From Auanema rhodensis (taxonomy: Eukaryota > Animalia > Nematoda), in NCBI GenBank assembly GCA_964057225.1, contig CAXKVF010000080.1, positions 124,001-188,000 on the forward strand: a stretch of 64,000 bases of DNA, given 5' to 3'. Shown one piece after another: positions 52,701 to 64,000 of the stretch (position 1 is the stretch's first letter; the number at the start of each line of letters is the position of its first letter). The translations under genes were made by a program, and so were the position numbers. Below the pieces are notes generated by a model, which worked only from the letters and a program-made list of their open reading frames with translations, made no database searches and was not told the origin of the DNA.

Positions 52701-55700
52701 TTTAATTTATGCTAATTAAATGTACACGTGATGTGCACTTGGTATGTAACTCGCTTCACGTGAAAGATAAAGAGATGCGGTTTTCAAAATTAGATTCCCC
52801 ATGTCCATATTAGTCTAAAAACAAATTTTTATTGATATTGGTTCATGGTAACCATGACTTTGAAATTTACGTGAACTTTAATTTATGCTAATTAAATGTA
52901 CACGTGATGTGCACTTGGTATGTAACTCGCTTCACGTGAAAGATAAAGAGATGCGGTTTTCAAAATTAGATTCCCCATGTCCATATTAGTCTAAAAACAA
53001 ATTTTTATTGATATTGCTTCATGGTAACCATGACTTTGAAATTTACGTGAACTTTAATTTATGCTAATTAAATGTACACGTGATGTGCACTTGGTATGTA
53101 ACTCGCTTCACGTGAAAGATGAAGAGATGCGGTTTTCAAAATTAGATTCCCCCTGTCCATATTAGTCTAAAAACAAATTTTTATTAATATTGGTGCATGG
53201 TAACCATGACTTTGAAATTTACGTGAACTTTAATTTATGCTAATTAAATGTACACGTGATGTGCACTTGGTATGTAACTCGCTTCACGTGAAAGATAAAG
53301 AGATGCGGTTTTCAAAATTAGATTCCCCATGTCCATATTAGTCTAAAAACAAATTTTTATTGATATTGGTGCATGGTAACCATGACTTTGAAATTTACGT
53401 GAACTTTAATTTATTCTTATTAAATGTACACGTGATGTGCACTTGGTATGTAACTCGCTTCACGTGAAAGATAAAGAGATGCGGTTTTCAAAATTAGATT
53501 CTCCATGTCCATATTAGTCTAAAAACAAATTTTTATTGATATTGGTGCATGGTAACCATGACTTTGAAATTTACGTGAACTTTAATTTATGCTAATTAAA
53601 TGTACACGTGATGTGCACTTGGTATGTAACTCGCTTCACGTGAAAGATAAAGAGATGCGGTTTTCAAAATTAGATTCCCCATGTCCATATTAGTCTAAAA
53701 ACAAATTTTTATTGATATTGGTTCATGGTAACCATGACTTTGAAATTTACGTGAACTTTAATTTATGCTAATTAAATGTACACGTGATGTGCACTTGGTA
53801 TGTAACTCGCTTCACGTGAAAGATAAAGAGATGCGGTTTTCAAAATTAGATTCCCCATGTCCATATTAGTCTAAAAACAAATTTTTATTGATATTGGTTC
53901 ATGGTAACCATGACTTTGAAATTTACGTGAACTTTAATTTATGCTAATTAAATGTACACGTGATGTGCACTTGGTATGTAACTCGCTTCACGTGAAAGAT
54001 AAAGAGATGCGGTTTTCAAAATTAGATTCCCCATGTCCATATTAGTCTAAAAACAAATTTTTATTGATATTGCTTCATGGTAACCATGACTTTGAAATTT
54101 ACGTGAACTTTAATTTATGCTAATTAAATGTACACGTGATGTGCACTTGGTATGTAACTCGCTTCACGTGAAAGATAAAGAGATGCGGTTTTCAAAATTA
54201 GATTCCCCATGTCCATATTAGTCTAAAAACAAATTTTTATTGATATTGGTTCATGGTAACCATGACTTTGAATTTTACGTGAACTTTAATTTATGCTAAT
54301 TAAATGTACACGTGATGTGCACTTGGTATGTAACTCGCTTCACGTGAAAGATAAAGAAATGCGGTTTTCAAAATTAGATTCCCCATGTCCATATTAGTCT
54401 AAAAACAAATTTTTATTGATATTGGTTCATGGTAACCATGACTTTGAAATTTACGTGAACTTTAATTTATGCTAATTAAATGTACACGTGATGTGCACTT
54501 GGTATGTAACTCGCTTCACGTGAAAGATAAAGAGATGCGGTTTTCAAAATTAGATTCCCCATGTCCATATTAGTCTAAAAACAAATTTTTATTGATATTG
54601 CTTCATGGTAACCATGACTTTGAAATTTACGTGAACTTTAATTTATGTTAATTAAATGTACACGTGATGTGCACTTGGTATGTAACTCGCTTCACGTGAA
54701 AGATAAAGAGATGCGGTTTTCAAAATTAGATTCCCCCTGTCCATATTAGTCTAAAAACAAATTTTTATTGATGTTGCTTCATGGTAACCATGACTTTGAA
54801 ATTTACGTGAACTTTAATTTATGCTAATTAAATGTACACGTGATGTGCACTTGGTATGTAACTCGCTTCACGTGAAAGATAAAGAGATGCGGTTTTCAAA
54901 ATTAGATTCCCCATGTCCATATTAGTCTAAAAACAAATTTTTATTGATATTGCTTCATGGTAACCATGACTTTGAAATTTACGTGAACTTTAATTTATGC
55001 TAATTAAATGTACACGTGATGTGCACTTGGTATGTAACTCGCTTCACGTGAAAGATAAAGAGATGCGGTTTTCAAAATTAGATTCCCCATGTCCATATTA
55101 GTCTAAAAACAAATTTTTATTGATATTGGTGCATGGTAACCATGACTTTGAAATTTACGTGAACTTTAATTTATGCTAATTAAATGTACACGTGATGTGC
55201 ACTTGGTATGTAACTCGCTTCACGTGAAAGATAAAGAGATGCGGTTTTCAAAATTAGATTCCCCCTGTCCATATTAGTCTAAAAACAAATTTTTATTGAT
55301 ATTGCTTCATGGTAACCATGACTTTGAAATTTACGTGAACTTTAATTTATGCTAATTAAATGTACACGTGATGTGCACTTGGTATGTAACTCGCTTCACG
55401 TGAAAGATAAAGAGATGCGGTTTTCAAAATTAGATTCCCCATGTCCATATTAGTCTAAAAACAAATTTTTATTGATATTGCTTCATGGTAACCATGACTT
55501 TGAAATTTACGTGAACTTTAATTTATGCTAATTAAATGTACACGTGATGTGCACTTGGTATGTAACTCGCTTCACGTGAAAGATAAAGAGATGCGGTTTT
55601 CAAAATTAGATTCCCCCTGTCCATATTAGTCTAAAAACAAATTTTTATTGATATTGCTTCATGGTAACCATGACTTTGAAATTTACGTGAACTTTAATTT

Positions 55701-58700
55701 ATGCTAATTAAATGTACACGTGATGTGCACTTGGTATGTAACTCGCTTCACGTGAAAGATAAAGAGATGCGGTTTTCAAAATTAGATTCCCCATGTCCAT
55801 ATTAGTCTAAAAACAAATTTTTATTGATATTGCTTCATGGTAACCATGACTTTGAAATTTACGTGAACTTTAATTTATGCTAATTAAATGTACACGTGAT
55901 GTGCACTTGGTATGTAACTCGCTTCACGTGAAAGATAAAGAGTTGCGGTTTTCAAAATTAGATTCCCCATGTCCATATTAGTCTAAAAACAAATTTTTAT
56001 TGATATTGCTTCATGGTAACCATGACTTTGAAATTTACGTGAACTTTAATTTATGCTAATTAAATGTACACGTGATGTGCACTTGGTATGTAACTCGCTT
56101 CACGTGAAAGATAAAGAGATGCGGTTTTCAAAATTAGATTCCCCATGTCCATATTAGTCTAAAAACAAATTTTTATTGATATTGGTGCATGGTAACCATG
56201 ACTTTGAAATTTACGTGAACTTTAATTTATGCTAATTAAATGTACACGTGATGTGCACTTGGTATGTAACTCGCTTCACGTGAAAGATAAAGAGATGCGG
56301 TTTTCAAAATTAGATTCCCCATGTCCATATTAGTCTAAAAACAAATTTTTATTGATATTGGTTCATGGTAACCATGACTTTGAAATTTACGTGAACTTTA
56401 ATTTATGCTAATTAAATGTACACGTGATGTGCACTTGGTATGTAACTCGCTTCACGTGAAAGATAAAGAGATGCGGTTTTCAAAATTAGATTCCCCATGT
56501 CCATATTAGTCTAAAAACAAATTTTTATTGATATTGCTTCATGGTAACCATGACTTTGAAATTTACGTGAACTTTAATTTATGCTAATTAAATGTACACG
56601 TGATGTGCACTTGGTATGTAACTCGCTTCACGTGAAAGATGAAGAGATGCGGTTTTCAAAATTAGATTCCCCCTGTCCATATTAGTCTAAAAACAAATTT
56701 TTATTGATATTGGTGCATGGTAACCATGACTTTGAAATTTACGTGAACTTTAATTTATGCTAATTAAATGTACACGTGATGTGCACTTGGTATGTAACTC
56801 GCTTCACGTGAAAGATAAAGAGATGCGGTTTTCAAAATTAGATTCCCCATGTCCATATTAGTCTAAAAACAAATTTTTATTGATATTGGTGCATGGTAAC
56901 CATGACTTTGAAATTTACGTGAACTTTAATTTATTCTAATTAAATGTACACGTGATGTGCACTTGGTATGTAACTCGCTTCACGTGAAAGATAAAGAGAT
57001 GCGGTTTTCAAAATTAGATTCCCCATGTCCATATTAGTCTAAAAACAAATTTTTATTGATATTGGTGCATGGTAACCATGACTTTGAAATTTACGTGAAC
57101 TTTAATTTATGCTAATTAAATGTACACGTGATGTGCACTTGGTATGTAACTCGCTTCACGTGAAAGATAAAGAGATGCGGTTTTCAAAATTAGATTCCCC
57201 ATGTCCATATTAGTCTAAAAACAAATTTTTATTGATATTGGTTCATGGTAACCATGACTTTGAAATTTATGTGAACTTTAATTTATGCTAATTAAATGTA
57301 CACGTGATGTGCACTTGGTATGTAACTCGCTTCACGTGAAAGATAAAGAGATGCGGTTTTCAAAAATAGATTCCCCATGTCCATATTAGTCTAAAAACAA
57401 ATTTTTATTGATATTGGTTCATGGTAACCATGACTTTGAAATTTACGTGAACTTTAATTTATGCTAATTAAATGTACACGTGATGTGCACTTGGTATGTA
57501 ACTCGCTTCACGTGAAAGATAAAGAGATGCGGTTTTCAAAATTAGATTCCCCATGTCCATATTAGTCTAAAAACAAATTTTTATTGATATTGCTTCATGG
57601 TAACCATGACTTTGAAATTTACGTGAACTTTAATTTATGCTAATTAAATGTACACGTGATGTGCACTTGGTATGTAACTCGCTTCACGTAAAAGATAAAG
57701 AGATGCGGTTTTCAAAATTAGATTCCCCATGTCCATATTAGTCTAAAAACAAATTTTTATTGATATTGGTTCATGGTAACCATGACTTTGAATTTTACGT
57801 GAACTTTAATTTATGCTAATTAAATGTACACGTGATGTGCACTTGGTATGTAACTCGCTTCACGTGAAAGATAAAGAAATGCGGTTTTCAAAATTAGATT
57901 CCCCATGTCCATATTAGTCTAAAAACAAATTTTTATTGATATTGGTTCATGGTAACCATGACTTTGAAATTTACGTGAACTTTAATTTATGCTAATTAAA
58001 TGTACACGTGATGTGCACTTGGTATGTAACTCGCTTCACGTGAAAGATAAAGAGATGCGGTTTTCAAAATTAGATTCCCCATGTCCATATTAGTCTAAAA
58101 ACAAATTTTTATTGATATTGCTTCATGGTAACCATGACTTTGAAATTTACGTGAACTTTAATTTATGCTAATTAAATGTACACGTGATGTGCACTTGGTA
58201 TGTAACTCGCTTCACGTGAAAGATAAAGAGATGCGGTTTTCAAAATTAGATTCCCCCTGTCCATATTAGTCTAAAAACAAATTTTTATTGATATTGCTTC
58301 ATGGTAACCATGACTTTGAAATTTACGTGAACTTTAATTTATGCTAATTAAATGTACACGTGATGTGCACTTGGTATGTAACTCGCTTCACGTGAAAGAT
58401 AAAGAGATGCGGTTTTCAAAATTAGATTCCCCATGTCCATATTAGTCTAAAAACAAATTTTTATTGATATTGCTTCATGGTAACCATGACTTTGAAATTT
58501 ACGTGAACTTTAATTTATGCTAATTAAATGTACACGTGATGTGCACTTGGTATGTAACTCGCTTCACGTGAAAGATAAAGAGATGCGGTTTTCAAAATTA
58601 GATTCCCCATGTCCATATTAGTCTAAAAACAAATTTTTATTGATATTGCTTCATGGTAACCATGACTTTGAAATTTACGTGAACTTTAATTTATGCTAAT

Positions 58701-61700
58701 TAAATGTACACGTGATGTGCACTTGGTATGTAACTCGCTTCACGTGAAAGATAAAGAGATGCGGTTTTCAAAATTAGATTCCCCATGTCCATATTAGTCT
58801 AAAAACAAATTTTTATTGATATTGCTTCATGGTAACCATGACTTTGAATTTTACGTGAACTTTAATTTATGCTAATTAAATGTACACGTGATGTGCACTT
58901 GGTATGTAACTCGCTTCACGTGAAAGATAAAGAGATGCGGTTTTCAAAATTAGATTCCCCATGTCCATATTAGTCTAAAAACAAATTTTTATTGATATTG
59001 GTTCATGGTAACCATGACTTTGAAATTTACGTGAACTTTAATTTATGCTAATTAAATGTACACGTGATGTGCACTTGGTATGTAACTCGCTTCACGTGAA
59101 AGATAAAGAGATGCGGTTTTCAAAATTAGATTCCCCATGTCCATATTAGTCTAAAAACAAATTTTTATTGATATTGCTTCATGGTAACCATGACTTTGAA
59201 ATTTACGTGAACTTTAATTTATGCTAATTAAATGTACACGTGATGTGCACTTGGTATGTAACTCGCTTCACGTGAAAGATAAAGAGATGCGGTTTTCAAA
59301 ATTAGATTCCCCCTGTCCATATTAGTCTAAAAACAAATTTTTATTGATATTGGTGCATGGTAACCATGACTTTGAAATTTACGTGAACTTTAATTTATGC
59401 TAATTAAATGTACACGTGATGTGCACTTGGTATGTAACTCGCTTCACGTGAAAGATAAAGAGATGCGGTTTTCAAAATTAGATTCCCCATGTCCATATTA
59501 GTCTAAAAACAAATTTTTATTGATATTGCTTCATGGTAACCATGACTTTGAAATTTACGTGAACTTTAATTTATGCTAATTAAATGTACACGTGATGTGC
59601 ACTTGGTATGTAACTCGCTTCACGTGAAAGATAAAGAGATGCGGTTTTCAAAATTAGATTCCCCATGTCCATATTATTCTAAAAACAAATTTTTATTGAT
59701 ATTGCTTCATGGTAACCATGACTTTGAAATTTACGTGAACTTTAATTTATGCTAATTAAATGTACACGTGATGTGCACTTGGTATGTAACTCGCTTCACG
59801 TGAAAGATAAAGAGATGCGGTTTTCAAAATTAGATTCCCCATGTCCATATTAGTCTAAAAACAAATTTTTATTGATATTGGTGCATGGTAACCATGACTT
59901 TGAAATTTACGTGAACTTTAATTTATGCTAATTAAATGTACACGTGATGTGCACTTGGTATGTAACTCGCTTCACGTGAAAGATAAAGAGATGCGGTTTT
60001 CAAAATTAGATTCCCCATGTCCATATTAGTCTAAAAACAAATTTTTATTGATATTGCTTCATGGTAACCATGACTTTGAAATTTACGTGAACTTTAATTT
60101 ATGCTAATTAAATGTACACGTGATGTGCACTTGGTATGTAACTCGCTTCACGTGAAAGATAAAGAGATGCGGTTTTCAAAATTAGATTCCCCATGTCCAT
60201 ATTAGTCTAAAAACAAATTTTTATTGATATTGGTGCATGGTAACCATGACTTTGAAATTTACGTGAACTTTAATTTATGCTAATTAAATGTACACGTGAT
60301 GTGCACTTGGTATGTAACTCGCTTCACGTGAAAGATAAAGAGATGCGGTTTTCAAAATTAGATTCCCCATGTCCATATTAGTCTAAAAACAAATTTTTAT
60401 TGATATTGGTGCATGGTAACCATGACTTTGAAATTTACGTGAACTTTAATTTATGCTAATTAAATGTACACGTGATGTGCACTTGGTATGTAACTCGCTT
60501 CACGTGAAAGATAAAGAGATGCGGTTTTCAAAATTAGATTCCCCATGTCCATATCAGTCTAAAATTAAATTTTTATTGATATTGGTTCATGGTAACCATG
60601 ACTTTGAATTTTACGTGAACTTTAATTTATGCTAATTAAATGTACACGTGATGTGCACTTGGTATGTAACTCGCTTCACGTGAAAGATAAAGAAATGCGG
60701 TTTTCAAAATTAGATTCCCCATGTCCATATTAGTCTAAAAACTAATTTTTATTGATATTGGTTCATGGTAACCATGACTTTGAAATTTACGTGAACTTTA
60801 ATTTATGCTAATTAAATGTACACGTGATGTGCACTTGGTATGTAACTCGCTTCACGTGAAAGATAAAGAGATGCGGTTTTCAAAATTAGATTCCCCATGT
60901 CCATATTAGTCTAAAAACAAATTTTTATTGATATTGCTTCATGGTAACCATGACTTTGAAATTTACGTGAACTTTAATTTATGCTAATTAAATGTACACG
61001 TGATGTGCACTTGGTATGTAGCTCGCTTCACGTGAAAGATAAAGAGATGCGGTTTTCAAAATTAGATTCCCCATGTCCATATTAGTCTAAAAACAAATTT
61101 TTATTGATATTGGTTCATGGTAACCATGACTTTGAATTTTACGTGAACTTTAATTTATGCTAATTAAATGTACACGTGATGTGCACTTGGTATGTAACTC
61201 GCTTCACGTGAAAGATAAAGAAATGCGGTTTTCAAAATTAGATTCCCCATGTCCATATTAGTCTAAAAACAAATTTTTATTGATATTGGTTCATGGTAAC
61301 CATGACTTTGAAATTTACGTGAACTTTAATTTATGCTAATTAAATGTACACGTGATGTGCACTTGGTATGTAACTCGCTTCACGTGAAAGATAAAGAGAT
61401 GCGGTTTTCAAAATTAGATTCCCCATGTCCATATTAGTCTAAAAACAAATTTTTATTGATATTGGTTCATGGTAACCATGACTTTGAATTTTACGTGAAC
61501 TTTAATTTATGCTAATTAAATGTACACGTGATGTGCACTTGGTATGTAACTCGCTTCACGTGAAAGATAAAGAGATGCGGTTTTCAAAATTAGATTCCCC
61601 ATGTCCATATTAGTCTAAAAACAAATTTTTATTGATATTGGTGCATGGTAACCATGACTTTGAAATTTACGTGAACTTTAATTTATGCTAATTAAATGTA

Positions 61701-64000
61701 CACGTGATGTGCACTTGGTATGTAACTCGCTTCACGTGAAAGATGAAGAGATGCGGTTTTCAAAATTAGATTCCCCATGTCCATATTAGTCTAAAAACAA
61801 ATTTTTATTGATATTGGTTCATGGTAACCATGACTTTGAAATTTACGTGAACTTTAATTTATGCTAATTAAATGTACACGTGATGTGCACTTGGTATGTA
61901 ACTCGCTTCACGTGAAAGATAAAGAGATGCGGTTTTCAAAATTAGATTCCCCATGTCCATATTAGTCTAAAAACAAATTTTTATTGATATTGCTTCATGG
62001 TAACCATGACTTTGAAATTTACGTGAACTTTAATTTATGCTAATTAAATGTACACGTGATGTGCACTTGGTATGTAGCTCGCTTCACGTGAAAGATAAAG
62101 AGATGCGGTTTTCAAAATTAGATTCCCCATGTCCATATTAGTCTAAAAACAAATTTTTATTGATATTGGTTCATGGTAACCATGACTTTGAATTTTACGT
62201 GAACTTTAATTTATGCTAATTAAATGTACACGTGATGTGCACTTGGTATGTAACTCGCTTCACGTGAAAGATAAAGAAATGCGGTTTTCAAAATTAGATT
62301 CCCCATGTCCATATTAGTCTAAAAACAAATTTTTATTGATATTGGTTCATGGTAACCATGACTTTGAAATTTACGTGAACTTTAATTTATGCTAATTAAA
62401 TGTACACGTGATGTGCACTTGGTATGTAACTCGCTTCACGTGAAAGATAAAGAGATGCGGTTTTCAAAATTAGATTCCCCATGTCCATATTAGTCTAAAA
62501 ACAAATTTTTATTGATATTGGTTCATGGTAACCATGACTTTGAATTTTACGTGAACTTTAATTTATGCTAATTAAATGTACACGTGATGTGCACTTGGTA
62601 TGTAACTCGCTTCACGTGAAAGATAAAGAGATGCGGTTTTCAAAATTAGATTCCCCATGTCCATATTAGTCTAAAAACAAATTTTTATTGATATTGGTGC
62701 ATGGTAACCATGACTTTGAAATTTACGTGAACTTTAATTTATGCTAATTAAATGTACACGTGATGTGCACTTGGTATGTAACTCGCTTCACGTGAAAGAT
62801 GAAGAGATGCGGTTTTCAAAATTAGATTCCCCATGTCCATATTAGTCTAAAAACAAATTTTTATTGATATTGGTTCATGGTAACCATGACTTTGAAATTT
62901 ACGTGAACTTTAATTTATGCTAATTAAATGTACACGTGATGTGCACTTGGTATGTAACTCGCTTCACGTGAAAGATAAAGAGATGCGGTTTTCAAAATTA
63001 GATTCCCCATGTCCATATTAGTCTAAAAACAAATTTTTATTGATATTGGTGCATGGTAACCATGACTTTGAAATTTACGTGAACTTTAATTTATGCTAAT
63101 TAAATGTACACGTGATGTGCACTTGGTATGTAACTCGCTTCACGTGAAAGATAAAGAGATTCGGTTTTCAAAATTAGATTCCCCATGTCCATATTAGTCT
63201 AAAAACAAATTTTTATTGATATTGGTTCATGGTAACCATGACTTTGAAATTTACGTGAACTTTAATTTATGCTAATTAAATGTACACGTGATGTGCACTT
63301 GGTATGTAACTCGCTTCACGTGAAAGATAAAGAGATGCGGTTTTCAAAATTAGATTCCCCATGTCCATATTAGTCTAAAAACAAATTTTTATTGATATTG
63401 GTGCATGGTAACCATGACTTTGAAATTTACGTGAACTTTAATTTATGCTAATTAAATGTACACGTGATGTGCACTTGGTATGTAACTCGCTTCACGTGAA
63501 AGATAAAGAGATGCGGTTTTCAAAATTAGATTCCCCATGTCCATATTAGTCTAAAAACAAATTTTTATTGATATTGGTTCATGGTAACCATGACTTTGAA
63601 ATTTACGTGAACTTTAATTAATGCTAATTAAATGTACACGTGATGTGCACTTGGTATGTAACTCGCTTCACGTGAAAGATAAAGAGATGCGGTTTTCAAA
63701 ATTAGATTCCCCATATCCATATTAGTCTAAAAACAAATTTTTATTGATATTGCTTCATGGTAACCATGACTTTGAAATTTACGTGAACTTTAATTTATGC
63801 TAATTAAATGTACACGTGATGTGCACTTGGTATGTAACTCGCTTCACGTGAAAGATAAAGAGATGCGGTTTTCAAAATTAGATTCCCCATGTCCATATTA
63901 GTCTAAAAACAAATTTTTATTGATATTGGTTCATGGTAACCATGACTTTGAATTTTACGTGAACTTTAATTTATGCTAATTAAATGTACACGTGATGTGC
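31759..64000. repeat. 176-bp tandem satellite array, right arm (about 183 monomers; continues beyond window end)
   Basis: Same unit and orientation. Resumes at monomer position 119 (taatttatgc). Monomer starts at 31817, 32521 ... 61561 are all in 176-bp phase. Confidence 0.99.

Noticed and set aside
1-64000. CRISPR-like array
   Set aside because: Monomers are contiguous near-identical repeats with no unique spacers and no cas genes. The context is eukaryotic.

Overview
Eukaryotic satellite DNA. About 59 kb of the window is one highly homogeneous, AT-rich 176-bp tandem repeat: about 153 monomers at 1-26957 and about 183 at 31759-64000, with no net indels and local higher-order duplications. 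The array is interrupted by a single, apparently intact and full-length CR1-group non-LTR retrotransposon (about 27003-31760, + strand). The element has a pyrimidine-rich 5' UTR, ORF1 (coiled coil plus RRM/CTD-like domain plus basic tail), ORF2 (APE endonuclease plus reverse transcriptase), a 3' UTR and an (AATA)7 tail. The main finding concerns ORF2 translation. ORF2 has no usable ATG (first in-frame Met at 30520, after YADD), lies in the +1 frame and overlaps ORF1. ORF1 ends TCC_TTT_CGT_TAA, the exact influenza PA-X-type +1 ribosomal frameshift motif, and a +1 slip there reads straight into the endonuclease domain. This predicts an ORF1-ORF2 fusion of about 1296 aa made by programmed +1 frameshifting. 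Also notable are an iterated, inverted, templated 5' junction and an insertion that shifts satellite phase by half a monomer. The host species cannot be determined from this sequence; ORF1 resembles nematode CR1-like ORF1s from memory only, which is unverified.
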